A DNA stretch of 32,000 nucleotides from positions 1 through 32,000 of the forward strand of contig JAQVTI010000004.1 of NCBI GenBank assembly GCA_028700115.1, read 5' to 3'. This DNA comes from Candidatus Iainarchaeum sp. GTDB taxonomy: Archaea > Iainarchaeota > Iainarchaeia > Iainarchaeales > CSSED10-239. Below, piece after piece: positions 1 through 9,546 of this stretch (position 1 is the first letter of the stretch; every line of letters begins with the position of its first letter). The position numbers and the translations under genes were made by a program. The notes below the pieces were generated by a model. The model did not search any database. It was not told the DNA's origin and saw only the letters and a list, made by a program, of their open reading frames with translations.

Positions 1-1647
1 ATTTTAAGGGATTTTTGGTTTCTTAGTTTTTTTATTTTCACATTATCTTTGATTATTTTTAATTTAATTAATAATTTTTATTTATTTTATAATTTAGGTT
101 TTTTGAGTTTAATTTTAGTTATTTTTATTTTAATATATTCTTTTTTATTTATATTATATTCTAGTCAATTATTAAATACTATTATTTTTATAGAAAGATA
201 TTGTTTAAAACATATAACTAAAATTAATAAATATACTTTTGAAAATGCAATAGACTGTGTTAAACCTTTATTTGATTATTTAAGAAATGTAAATAATGAG
301 TCTGATTTATTTAAAAAGACTTTAAAGTTTACTGAAGATATAGTTTTAAACTATATTAAATCAAGAAATTTATTAGAAGAGGATCTTTTTATTATATATA
401 TTGATGACCAAATTAATCTTTTATATTATCTTAATAATAAAAATAATTATTTAGTTTTAGATGAAATTACTTCTTTTTCATGTAATGTTTTATCAGAATT
501 AGTTAAAAAAAGGTTATATTCTACTTCCCAATCTAAATTAGAAAATAAATTTTTGTATACTTTGAATATATATTTTTATGATTTATTTAATAAATTTGAT
601 AGAATTAAAACTCCTAGTTTAATTTTAAATTTTTTATTAAAAACTAAATATCATTTTATACTTAAAAATAAAACTTGGGATATATACACTACGTATATAA
701 ATGATATTATTAAATTTTGTTTAAATCAAAATGATTCTTATTCTAGTTTTTTACTTAAAAAAATTGTATCTACTTATAGAGAATATTTAATTATTGAATT
801 AAAATTAAATATAGATGATAAGAAAACAGATTTATTTTTATTTGAAAAATTATATGAAATATTATCTTTAAGAAGATTTAATAATGTTAATCTTTTTGAT
901 CATAATGATGTATATAGACCTTTATTTTTTTATAATAATATTAATTTTGAAATTTTTAATTTAATTAGAGATGAAGATCATATTAATGATAATGTAGTTA
1001 GTTTTTTAAATAAATATGTATCTTTAACTAATGATTTATTAAAAGATAATTTTGGAGATTCTGTTTTTTTAGATGCTTATATTGAATTAGTTTATGTTAT
1101 TTTTAATATTAAATTGAATATTAACTTAAAAAGAAATTTTATTAGAGTAATGTATTCTAAATTTATAGATTATTCACTTTCTTTATTTAAATCTAAAAAT
1201 TATGACTTAGAAAAACATTTACTTTATTTGTTATCTATATTATTTTATAAATTTAGAAAAAATAATAATTCTTTAATTTTAGAAATTGTAAATAAATTAA
1301 TTTTATTTTATGAAAAGGATTCTGAAAATTCTAAAATGTTTTTGCCATTACTTAAAACTATAGGTAGTTGGGTTAATTCTTATGATGATTTAAAAAATAT
1401 ATCTATTATAGTTTCAAACTGTATAAAAAAAGATGTAGTGGAAGATAATTATAATTCTTCTTCAAAAGTAATATTATCTATATTAAATAAATATAATTAC
1501 TCTACAAAATGTAGTTATTCTTATGAATTATGGGTGTTGCCTCCTTCAAAATTATGGAATATAGGTAGATTTTATAATAATATTAATAAATATTATAATC
1601 GTAAAGAAATATATGAAAATTATCATAAATTATTAATGACTAAATAG
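1..1647 (+). CDS. hypothetical membrane-anchored, helix-rich protein; 5'-partial
   Basis: Frame 1 is open from base 1 (ATT TTA AGG GAT TTT TGG ...), so the TTG at 49 in the ORF track is probably not the true start. The ORF is long and uninterrupted in a sequence where stop triplets are very frequent. There are two hydrophobic segments near the visible N-terminus (FLSFFIFTLSLIIF, LGFLSLILVIFILIYSFLFILY). No catalytic motif was recognised. Stop TAG at 1645-1647. Confidence 0.6.
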   Translation: MLRDFWFLSFFIFTLSLIIFNLINNFYLFYNLGFLSLILVIFILIYSFLFILYSSQLLNTIIFIERYCLKHITKINKYTFENAIDCVKPLFDYLRNVNNESDLFKKTLKFTEDIVLNYIKSRNLLEEDLFIIYIDDQINLLYYLNNKNNYLVLDEITSFSCNVLSELVKKRLYSTSQSKLENKFLYTLNIYFYDLFNKFDRIKTPSLILNFLLKTKYHFILKNKTWDIYTTYINDIIKFCLNQNDSYSSFLLKKIVSTYREYLIIELKLNIDDKKTDLFLFEKLYEILSLRRFNNVNLFDHNDVYRPLFFYNNINFEIFNLIRDEDHINDNVVSFLNKYVSLTNDLLKDNFGDSVFLDAYIELVYVIFNIKLNINLKRNFIRVMYSKFIDYSLSLFKSKNYDLEKHLLYLLSILFYKFRKNNNSLILEIVNKLILFYEKDSENSKMFLPLLKTIGSWVNSYDDLKNISIIVSNCIKKDVVEDNYNSSSKVILSILNKYNYSTKCSYSYELWVLPPSKLWNIGRFYNNINKYYNRKEIYENYHKLLMTK

Positions 1648-1669
1648 ATTTTGATTAAATGTGGTGTTT

Positions 1670-2464
1670 ATGCAAGAAATAAAAGAATGGACTCAAGATG
1701 AAGCAGAATTAGAATTTGATAAAATAATTAATAACAATTGTTCAGGTGAATGGTATGATATTGATTGGAAGTTAAAATTAAATTTTGATTCAACAGGTTT
1801 TAAAACAAATAATACTACTCAAAAAGCAATATCTGGTTTTGCAAATACTTATGGTGGTAAATTAATTATTGGAATTAATGATGATAGAGAATTAATTGGT
1901 TTTAAAGAAATTGAAAATATTGAAAATCATATTTTTAATAAATTATCAAAAAAATTGTTACCATCAATTCTTTTATTTAAGGCAAAATATTATGACTATA
2001 ATTCTAAAAAATTATTAGTTATATTTGTAGGTAAATCTAAAATTCCTATACAATGTGATAATGGAGTTTATTATTATAGAGAACAATCAGCATTTTTATT
2101 TATGCCTCATAAAATGTTAGAAAGTAAATTTAAATCTAATTTTATTGAAGAAATGTATAAAGTATTAGTTTCTAAAGAATTAGATAGTTTGAGTATATAT
2201 TTGAAAGAATTATCTAAAGTATCTTCCACATTAAATTACAAAATTAGTTCTTATACTAAATATATTAAAGAATCTGCAGAAAAATTATTCTTTTTTTATA
2301 AAGAAAATAATATGTTAGATTCTTTTTTTGATGTTTATAATAAAATATTGTATTGGTCAGCTTGTGAAGGTAATAAGCTCATTAATATTAATGAAATTAA
2401 TTGTTTTATAAAATCTATAAATTCATTATATAATCAAATTAGTTCTTCTAAGAATAAAGATTAA
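1670..2464 (+). CDS. AlbA_2 / Schlafen-like (divergent AAA_4, PF04326-type) domain protein with an unassigned helical C-terminal half
   Basis: The ATG at 1670 is preferred over the GTG at 1661. Motif order is typical of the AlbA_2 domain: EAELEFDK, then AISGFANTYGGKLIIGINDDRELIGF, then KLLVIFVGKSKIPIQ, then GVYYYRE. The gene starts 22 nt after the upstream ORF and is followed after 11 nt by the next ORF. Confidence 0.65.
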   Translation: MQEIKEWTQDEAELEFDKIINNNCSGEWYDIDWKLKLNFDSTGFKTNNTTQKAISGFANTYGGKLIIGINDDRELIGFKEIENIENHIFNKLSKKLLPSILLFKAKYYDYNSKKLLVIFVGKSKIPIQCDNGVYYYREQSAFLFMPHKMLESKFKSNFIEEMYKVLVSKELDSLSIYLKELSKVSSTLNYKISSYTKYIKESAEKLFFFYKENNMLDSFFDVYNKILYWSACEGNKLININEINCFIKSINSLYNQISSSKNKD

Positions 2465-2475
2465 TAGTTATAATT

Positions 2476-3144
2476 ATGAACAAAAACAATAATCTAAAAC
2501 TAAATAAAATACTAAATTCAGAAAAATTTCTTAAAAAAGTAATTATTACTGTAAAAAAAGAATATAGACCTTATGATCCTGGAAATTATTTATATAATTT
2601 AGTAGTTAAAAATAATAAATCTATATTTGAAGATAAAAATTTAGAATTAATATATACTACTTTAATTTCTTGGAATATGAATTCTAGAGGTGCAAGATTA
2701 ACACCTATTAATATTTTTAAAAAATCTATACTTAATAATAAAAAAATAATTATAGATTTAAAAAAATATACTTTTAAAGATTTATTAATTAATTTTGATG
2801 AAATTTTTGAAAAATTGTATTTTCTTTATAATAATTTAGAATTATGTAAACAAAAAACAAAAATAGTTACTTTTTCAAAAACAATGCATTTTTTATTACC
2901 AAATTTATGTGTTCCTATAGATAGAAAGTATGCATTAAACTTTTTTTATAATAATAGAAGTATTACTAATAAGAATGAATTTAGAAAATATAAAGAAATT
3001 AATTTAAATTATTGTAAAATATATGAAAAATATGATTTAAGTAAGTATTTAGGTAAAATTAGTGATAATGGAATTAGATGGAATATTACAATTCCAAAGA
3101 TTTTGGATAATGTTGTAATTGGATATGGGATATTAAAAAATTAA
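2476..3144 (+). CDS. hypothetical protein (222 aa), no family recognised
   Basis: Clean ATG-started ORF, co-directional with and 11 nt downstream of the AlbA_2-like gene. Conserved-looking blocks are ELIYTTLISWNMNSRGARL, FSKTMHFLLPNLCVPIDRKYALNFF and IPKILDNVVIGYG, but I cannot assign a fold. Confidence 0.55.
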   Translation: MNKNNNLKLNKILNSEKFLKKVIITVKKEYRPYDPGNYLYNLVVKNNKSIFEDKNLELIYTTLISWNMNSRGARLTPINIFKKSILNNKKIIIDLKKYTFKDLLINFDEIFEKLYFLYNNLELCKQKTKIVTFSKTMHFLLPNLCVPIDRKYALNFFYNNRSITNKNEFRKYKEINLNYCKIYEKYDLSKYLGKISDNGIRWNITIPKILDNVVIGYGILKN

Positions 3145-3227
3145 AATAAAAGATAATATTTAAGTATAGTTTAGTATATATATGATATATAAAAATATAT
3201 TTTTAAAATATAATTTAGTTGATTATT

Positions 3228-4799
3228 ATGACAGTTGTAAAAAATAAAAAAGTGAAAATTGTAGAAGAAACCTTATGGGATTCTGCAAATAAGTTAAGAG
3301 GAAAAGTTGAACCAGCTGAATATAAGCACGTCGTTTTAGGATTAATATTTCTTAAATTCGTAAGCGATAAATTTGAAAAAAGAAAAAAAGAATTAATTAC
3401 AGAAGGAAAAGAAAAATATATCGACATTGTTGAATTCTATACCAGTAAGAATATTTTCTATTTACCTGAAGTTTCAAGATGGGAATATTTAAAGAAAAAT
3501 GCAAAACAAAACGATATCGCTTTAAAGATTGATACTGCTCTTGCAACCGTTGAAAAAAATAATCCTGCTCTTAAAGGTGCTTTGCCTGACAATTATTATT
3601 CAAGATTAGATTTAGATGTAAATAAACTTGCTTCTTTAATTGATACAATAAACAATATTGATACTCTAAAAGACGATGAACAAGATATTATTGGAAGAGT
3701 TTATGAATACTTTTTAAGAAAATTCGCTCTTGCAGAAGGAAAAGGAAAAGGAGAATTCTATACTCCAAAATGCATTGTAAAATTAATTGCTGAAATGATT
3801 GAACCATACAAAGGAAAAATATACGATCCTTGTTGCGGTAGCGGTGGAATGTTTGTTCAATCAATTAACTTTATTCAAAATCATCATGGAAATAAAAAAG
3901 ATATTTCTATTTACGGACAAGAATATACTTCAACAACCTATAAATTGGCAAAAATGAATCTTGCAATAAGAGGAATTTCTGCAAATCTTGGAAAAATTCC
4001 CGACAATACTTTTTTTAATGACCAACATGAAGATTTGAAAGCTGATTTTATTATGGCAAATCCTCCATTTAATCAAAAACAATGGAGAGAAGCAAACGAA
4101 TTAACACAAGATGCAAGATGGTCAGGATATGAAGTTCCCCCAACAGGAAATGCAAACTATGCATGGATTTTACACATGGTTTCAAAACTTTCTGAAAATG
4201 GAGTTGCTGGATTTATCCTTTCAAATGGTGCTTTATCTGGTGGCGGAGAAGAACTAAAGATAAGACAAAAATTAATTGAGAATGGTTTAGTTGAAGCAGT
4301 AATTGTTTTACCAAGAAATCTATTTTATACAACAGATATTAGTGTAACTTTATGGATTATTAATAAAAATAAAAGAGAAAGAACATTTCAACCAGATGGA
4401 GTTGTAAAGAACCTTAGAAACAGAGAACATGAATATTTGTTTATGGATTTGAGAGAAATGGGAGAACCATTTGAAAAGAAATTCATTCAATTAACCGATG
4501 ATGATATCAAAAAAGTAGCAGAAACTTACCATAATTGGCAAGATATAGATTGGAAAGAAAAATATCAAGATAAACCAGAATTTTGTTATAGTGCAAAACT
4601 AGAAGAACTAAAAAAGAAAGGATTTTCTCTTGCACCAAGTAAATATATTGAATTTGTTAATAGAGATGAAAATATTGATTTTGATGAAAAAATGAATAAT
4701 TTGAAACAAGAATTTTCTAAGTTATTAAGTGAAGAAGAGAATTCAAAAAAAGAGTTACTTAAAGTTTTCGAGGAGTTAGGATATGGTATCAAATTTTAA
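3228..4799 (+). CDS. hsdM: Type I restriction-modification system, N6-adenine DNA methyltransferase subunit M
   Basis: HsdM_N-type N-terminus (ETLWDSANKLRGKVEPAEYKHVVLGLIFLKFVSDKFE). AdoMet motif EFYTPKCIVKLIAEMIEPYKGKIYDPCCGSGGMFVQS. Catalytic motif IV NPPFN. The ATG at 3228 is preferred over the TTG at 3219. Confidence 0.95.
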   Translation: MTVVKNKKVKIVEETLWDSANKLRGKVEPAEYKHVVLGLIFLKFVSDKFEKRKKELITEGKEKYIDIVEFYTSKNIFYLPEVSRWEYLKKNAKQNDIALKIDTALATVEKNNPALKGALPDNYYSRLDLDVNKLASLIDTINNIDTLKDDEQDIIGRVYEYFLRKFALAEGKGKGEFYTPKCIVKLIAEMIEPYKGKIYDPCCGSGGMFVQSINFIQNHHGNKKDISIYGQEYTSTTYKLAKMNLAIRGISANLGKIPDNTFFNDQHEDLKADFIMANPPFNQKQWREANELTQDARWSGYEVPPTGNANYAWILHMVSKLSENGVAGFILSNGALSGGGEELKIRQKLIENGLVEAVIVLPRNLFYTTDISVTLWIINKNKRERTFQPDGVVKNLRNREHEYLFMDLREMGEPFEKKFIQLTDDDIKKVAETYHNWQDIDWKEKYQDKPEFCYSAKLEELKKKGFSLAPSKYIEFVNRDENIDFDEKMNNLKQEFSKLLSEEENSKKELLKVFEELGYGIKF

Positions 4800-5979
4800 G
4801 CCCATTGGAAGTTTTATCAGAAGAGTTGATAAAAGAAACAGAGATTTATCCGTTACTGATCTTCGAGGATTAAGTATGACTAAAGAATTTAGAAAAACTA
4901 CTTCTAATATAATTGGAACTGATATGTCAAATTATAAAGTTGTTAATAAAAATCAATTTGCATGTGATTTTATGTCAGTTATACGAGTATATAAATTGCC
5001 AGTTGTTTTACATGCTGAAGAAGAACCGATAATTGTATCTCCTGCATATCCAGTTTTTGAAGTTAAAGATGAAAAGGTTCTTCTACCCGAATATTTAATG
5101 ATGTGGATGAGAAGGTCAGAGTTTGATAGATATGCCTTTTTTAGATGTGATAGTGCAATAAGGGGAGGATTTGGATGGGATGAGCTATGCGAAGTAGAAA
5201 TTCCAATTCCAGACATTGAAATTCAAAAAGAAATCGTAAAAGAATATAATATAATTATTAATCGAATTAAATTAAATAGTCAATTAATTCAAAAATTAGA
5301 AGAGACTGCTCAGACAATATTTAAAGAATGGTTTGAAGATTTTGAATTTCCTGATGAAAAAGGAAATTCATATAAATCAAGTGGCGGAGAAATGGAATAT
5401 AATGAAGAATTAGATAGAGATATTCCTAAATCTTGGTTAGTTGAAAAAATTGGTGGGTATGTAAATCTAAGTCAAGGTTTATGTGTGAATGCAACAACAG
5501 CTCATCTAATTAAAAATGAAGGTCTACCCCTTTTAAGAATTACTGATCTGATACATAATACAAAAAAAATATTCATAGACAAATCTGTGCCTAAAAAAAA
5601 TATTGCAACAAAAGACGATATAATTATAACTCGAACTGGTCAAGTTGGTTTAGTGTTTAAAAATAAAGAAGGAGTTGTTTATAACAATTGTTTCAAAATT
5701 GCTCCTAAGAATTCGTTGCTTGAAGAAAACTACTTATATTGGTTCTTAAAAAGAAAAAACACCTTTGAAAAAATGATTGAATTAGCAGAAGGTTCTTCTG
5801 CTCAGTTAGATTTGACACATGGAGCATTTTCAACTTTAATAATAACTATTCCAAATAAAAATATTCAGATTACATTCTCGAATCTTATTAAACATATTGA
5901 TTCATATATCGATATAATAAAAAATGAAATATGGAAACTTGAAGATTTTAAACAAATCCTTCTCTCAAAAATGTCGTAA
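4783..5979 (+). CDS. hsdS: Type I restriction-modification system, specificity subunit S (two target-recognition domains)
   Basis: The start overlaps the hsdM 3' end by 17 nt. Two dissimilar variable halves are separated by a conserved helical spacer (EIQKEIVKEYNIIINRIKLNSQLIQKLEETAQTIFKEWF). A matching C-terminal helix is present (IQITFSNLIKHIDSYIDIIKNEIWKLEDFKQILLSKM). The gene sits between hsdM and hsdR. Confidence 0.85.
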   Translation: MVSNFKPIGSFIRRVDKRNRDLSVTDLRGLSMTKEFRKTTSNIIGTDMSNYKVVNKNQFACDFMSVIRVYKLPVVLHAEEEPIIVSPAYPVFEVKDEKVLLPEYLMMWMRRSEFDRYAFFRCDSAIRGGFGWDELCEVEIPIPDIEIQKEIVKEYNIIINRIKLNSQLIQKLEETAQTIFKEWFEDFEFPDEKGNSYKSSGGEMEYNEELDRDIPKSWLVEKIGGYVNLSQGLCVNATTAHLIKNEGLPLLRITDLIHNTKKIFIDKSVPKKNIATKDDIIITRTGQVGLVFKNKEGVVYNNCFKIAPKNSLLEENYLYWFLKRKNTFEKMIELAEGSSAQLDLTHGAFSTLIITIPNKNIQITFSNLIKHIDSYIDIIKNEIWKLEDFKQILLSKMS

Positions 5980-6002
5980 ATTCCTGTTGAGGTTGTTGCA
6001 AA

Positions 6003-9000
6003 ATGAAATTCACTGAAGAAAAACTGGAAAAAGCAGTAATTGAATTATTTCTAGAAGAAAATTATACTTATGTTTGTGGAGAGAATATTCATAAAGAAGT
6101 TTCTCAAGTTTTACTTAAAGATGATCTAAAAGCATATTTAAGAAATAAATATTCAAAAGAAAAAATTACTGAAAATGAAATTGAAGCAATTATAAGAAAA
6201 TTAGAATTATTCCCATCATCTGCTTTATATGAATCAAATAAAGAAATAATGAAATTAATTGCAGATGGTTTTATTCTAAAAAGAGAAGACAGAAGTAAAA
6301 AAGATTTATTTATTCAATTAATAGATTCAGAAACCATAAAAAACAACATTTTCAAAATTGTAAATCAACTTGAAATTCAAGGTTTTGAAAAAAGAATCCC
6401 TGATGGAATAGTTTATGTTAATGGTTTGCCAATAGTTGTAATTGAATTTAAATCTGCTATAAAAGAAAACACAACAATATTAGATGCATATAAACAATTA
6501 ACTATTAGATATCAAAGAGACATCCCTGAATTATTCAAATATAATGCTTTTTGTGTCATAAGTGATGGAGTGAATAATAAAGCAGGTTCTTTATTTGCTC
6601 CTTATGATTTTTTCTATGCTTGGAGAAAAAAAGATGGAACAGATATTCCTGAAGTTGATGGAATAAATTCTCTTTATACAATGATTACTGGAATGTTTAA
6701 TAAAAAAATATTATTAGATGTTGTTCAAAACTTCGTATTCTTTCCTGATACAAACAAAAAAAAGATGAAAATTGTTTGTCGTTATCCTCAATATTATGCA
6801 TCAAGAAAACTCTTTGAATCTATAAAACAAAATATGCGACCAAATGGCTCTGGTAAAGGTGGAACTTGTTTTGGAGCAACTGGAAGCGGTAAAAGTTTTA
6901 CTATGCTTTATTTAACAAGATTATTAATGAAATCTCAAGAACTATCAAGTCCTACAATTGTTTTAATCACAGACAGAAATGATTTAGATGACCAATTATC
7001 AGAACAATTTACAAATGGTAAAAAATTTATTGGGGATGATAATGTATTAAACATTACAAGCAGAGATAAACTAAAAACTGAATTAAGAGGGAGAAAAAGC
7101 GGAGGAGTTTATCTTACAACTATTCAAAAATTCACAGAGAGTATTGATTTATTGACTAATAGAGCAAATGTAATTTGTATTTCTGATGAAGCACACAGAA
7201 CGCAAACAAATTTAGACCAGAAAATAAAACTAACTGCTAAAGGAGTTAAAAAATCATTTGGATTTGCAAAATACTTACATGATTCTTTGCCTAATGCAAC
7301 TTATGTAGGATTTACAGGAACTCCAATAGATGCGACTTTAGATGTTTTTGGAAAAGTACAACATGCATACACTATGAAAGAATCTGTTGAAGATAAAATA
7401 ACAGTCAGAATTATTTATGAAGGTAGAGCAAACAAAATAATGCTTAATAATAAAAAACTAAAAGAAATTGAAGAATATTATAAGAAATGTGCTGATTATG
7501 GAAGTAATGAATATCAAATTGAAGAAAGCAAAAAAGCAGTTTCAAAAATGGAGGTCATTCTTGGAGATCCCGACAGATTAAAAGATTTAGCAAAAGACTT
7601 TGTTCAACATTATGAAAAAAGAGTTTTAGAAGGAGCTTCAGTTTTAGGAAAAGTTATGTTTGTTTGTTCAAGCAGACCAATAGCATATGAATTCTATAAA
7701 GAAGTTATAAAATTAAGACCTGATTGGGTAAAAATAAAGCAAAGTGCAGATGATAAGAAATTAACTCCACAAGAAAAGAAAGAAATCAAACCAATTGAAA
7801 AAATCAATATGGTTATGACTAGAGATAAAGATGATCCTAAAGAATTATATGAATTACTTGGGACTAAAGATTATAGAAAAGAATTAGATAGACAATTTAA
7901 GAACTCTAAATCAAATTTTAAAATTGCAATTTTAGTAGATATGTGGCTTACTGGATTTGATGTTCCTTTTTTAGATACAATTTATATAGATAAACCAATT
8001 CAACAACATAATTTAATTCAAACTATTTCGAGAGTAAATCGTGTATTTGAAAACAAAGAAGCTGGTTTAGTAGTTGATTATATTGGAATTAAGAAAAACA
8101 TGAATTTAGCATTAAAGAAATATTCTGATGTAGATTCTAATGACTTTGAGGATATTTCTAAAATGGTTGTTGTAGTTAAAGACCAACTTGATTTACTTAC
8201 TAAATTATTTAATAATTTTAACAGTAGGGACTATTTTGAAGGAACTCCTCTTCAACAACTAAATTGTTTGAACAGAGGTGCAGAATATGTTCAAATAACA
8301 GAAAAAACCGAAAAAAGATTTATGAATATTGTAAAAAAACTTCGTTCTGCATATAAACTCGCAGTTTCTAGTGAGGATATTACTCAAAAAGAAAGAGATT
8401 ATATTTATTTTTATTTTGGAATTTTTTCAATTATTCATAAATTAACAAAAGGAGATGCACCAGACACTGCACAAATGAATGCTCATGTAAAAGAAATGAT
8501 TAAAGAAGCATTAGTTAGTGAAGGTGTAGAAGAAATATTTAAGATTGGAAATAAAAATGCTAAATCTGGAATTGATATTTTTGGCGAAGAATATATGGCT
8601 AAAATTGATAAAATCAAACTTCCAAATACTAAATTAAAATTAATTCAACAAATTTTAAAAAAAGCAATATATGAATTTAAGAAAGTAAATAAGATAAAAG
8701 GTGTTGATTTTTCAAAAAAATTCAAAACACTTGTAGATGTTTATAATGATAGAAAAGATGATTTGAATTTTGCAACAGATGTTCTTTATGATTTAGTAGA
8801 TAAATTTACGGATTTATTTAATGAATTGAAACAAGAAAAATCTTCTTTTGAAAAAATTGGAATTGATTTTGAAGAAAAAGCATTTTATGATATATTAAAA
8901 TTAGTTGCTGAAAAATATAAATTTAAATATTCTCATGATAAATTAATTAAACTTTCTTGTGAAATAAAAAAGTTAGTAGATGATAAAACTAAATATACTG

Positions 9001-9146
9001 ATTGGTCAAAAAGAGATGATATTAAGGCAGAACTAAAAATGGATTTAATAATATTAATGGATAAACACAAATATCCACCAGTTCCTAGAGATGAAGTTTT
9101 TAAAGAAATATTCGAACAAGCAGAAAATTTTAAAAAATATATTTAA
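6003..9146 (+). CDS. hsdR: Type I restriction enzyme, R subunit (nuclease plus SF2 translocase)
   Basis: N-terminal PD-(D/E)xK nuclease motif PDGIVYVNGLPIVVIEFKS. Helicase motif I GATGSGKS, motif II DEAHR, motif VI-like QTISRVNR. Length 1047 aa. GAGG at 5989-5992 precedes the ATG. Confidence 0.95.
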   Translation: MKFTEEKLEKAVIELFLEENYTYVCGENIHKEVSQVLLKDDLKAYLRNKYSKEKITENEIEAIIRKLELFPSSALYESNKEIMKLIADGFILKREDRSKKDLFIQLIDSETIKNNIFKIVNQLEIQGFEKRIPDGIVYVNGLPIVVIEFKSAIKENTTILDAYKQLTIRYQRDIPELFKYNAFCVISDGVNNKAGSLFAPYDFFYAWRKKDGTDIPEVDGINSLYTMITGMFNKKILLDVVQNFVFFPDTNKKKMKIVCRYPQYYASRKLFESIKQNMRPNGSGKGGTCFGATGSGKSFTMLYLTRLLMKSQELSSPTIVLITDRNDLDDQLSEQFTNGKKFIGDDNVLNITSRDKLKTELRGRKSGGVYLTTIQKFTESIDLLTNRANVICISDEAHRTQTNLDQKIKLTAKGVKKSFGFAKYLHDSLPNATYVGFTGTPIDATLDVFGKVQHAYTMKESVEDKITVRIIYEGRANKIMLNNKKLKEIEEYYKKCADYGSNEYQIEESKKAVSKMEVILGDPDRLKDLAKDFVQHYEKRVLEGASVLGKVMFVCSSRPIAYEFYKEVIKLRPDWVKIKQSADDKKLTPQEKKEIKPIEKINMVMTRDKDDPKELYELLGTKDYRKELDRQFKNSKSNFKIAILVDMWLTGFDVPFLDTIYIDKPIQQHNLIQTISRVNRVFENKEAGLVVDYIGIKKNMNLALKKYSDVDSNDFEDISKMVVVVKDQLDLLTKLFNNFNSRDYFEGTPLQQLNCLNRGAEYVQITEKTEKRFMNIVKKLRSAYKLAVSSEDITQKERDYIYFYFGIFSIIHKLTKGDAPDTAQMNAHVKEMIKEALVSEGVEEIFKIGNKNAKSGIDIFGEEYMAKIDKIKLPNTKLKLIQQILKKAIYEFKKVNKIKGVDFSKKFKTLVDVYNDRKDDLNFATDVLYDLVDKFTDLFNELKQEKSSFEKIGIDFEEKAFYDILKLVAEKYKFKYSHDKLIKLSCEIKKLVDDKTKYTDWSKRDDIKAELKMDLIILMDKHKYPPVPRDEVFKEIFEQAENFKKYI

Positions 9147-9157
9147 ATTAGATAAAT

Positions 9158-9544
9158 ATGAAATACTATATAATTAACCATTCTTTTGATTCTTATGTGA
9201 AAACAAAAGAATATTGTGGATTTATTAATAAAGACGAAAGAAATATAGTTAATATTGGAGATTATATTATTTATTTTGGACAAGGGGTTATTTTTGGAAT
9301 ATTTGAAGCTATAGATTTAGTTGATAATGAATTTAATAATTGGAAAGGTAATTATCCTTATCAAATTAAATTAAAACCAATATATTTATCTCAAAGAGGT
9401 ATATTAGCTAAAACTTTTTCTGAAAAGTTTAAGTTATTAAGAGAAGATAATCAATATAGAAATATTGTTGAATTAAATGAAGATGAATATATTTTAATTA
9501 AAAATAGTATTTTAGAAAATAAGAAAGAAATTAAGGTTGTTTGA
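9158..9544 (+). CDS. small protein (128 aa), possible PUA-like (EVE/ASCH-type) beta-barrel; function unproven
   Basis: Starts 11 nt after the hsdR stop. The pattern resembles EVE-type domains: MKYYII at the N-terminus, IGDYIIYFGQGVIFGIFEAIDLV, YQIKLKPIYL, and C-terminal NIVELNEDEYILI. The assignment is by eye only. Confidence 0.4.
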   Translation: MKYYIINHSFDSYVKTKEYCGFINKDERNIVNIGDYIIYFGQGVIFGIFEAIDLVDNEFNNWKGNYPYQIKLKPIYLSQRGILAKTFSEKFKLLREDNQYRNIVELNEDEYILIKNSILENKKEIKVV

Positions 9545-9546
9545 TT

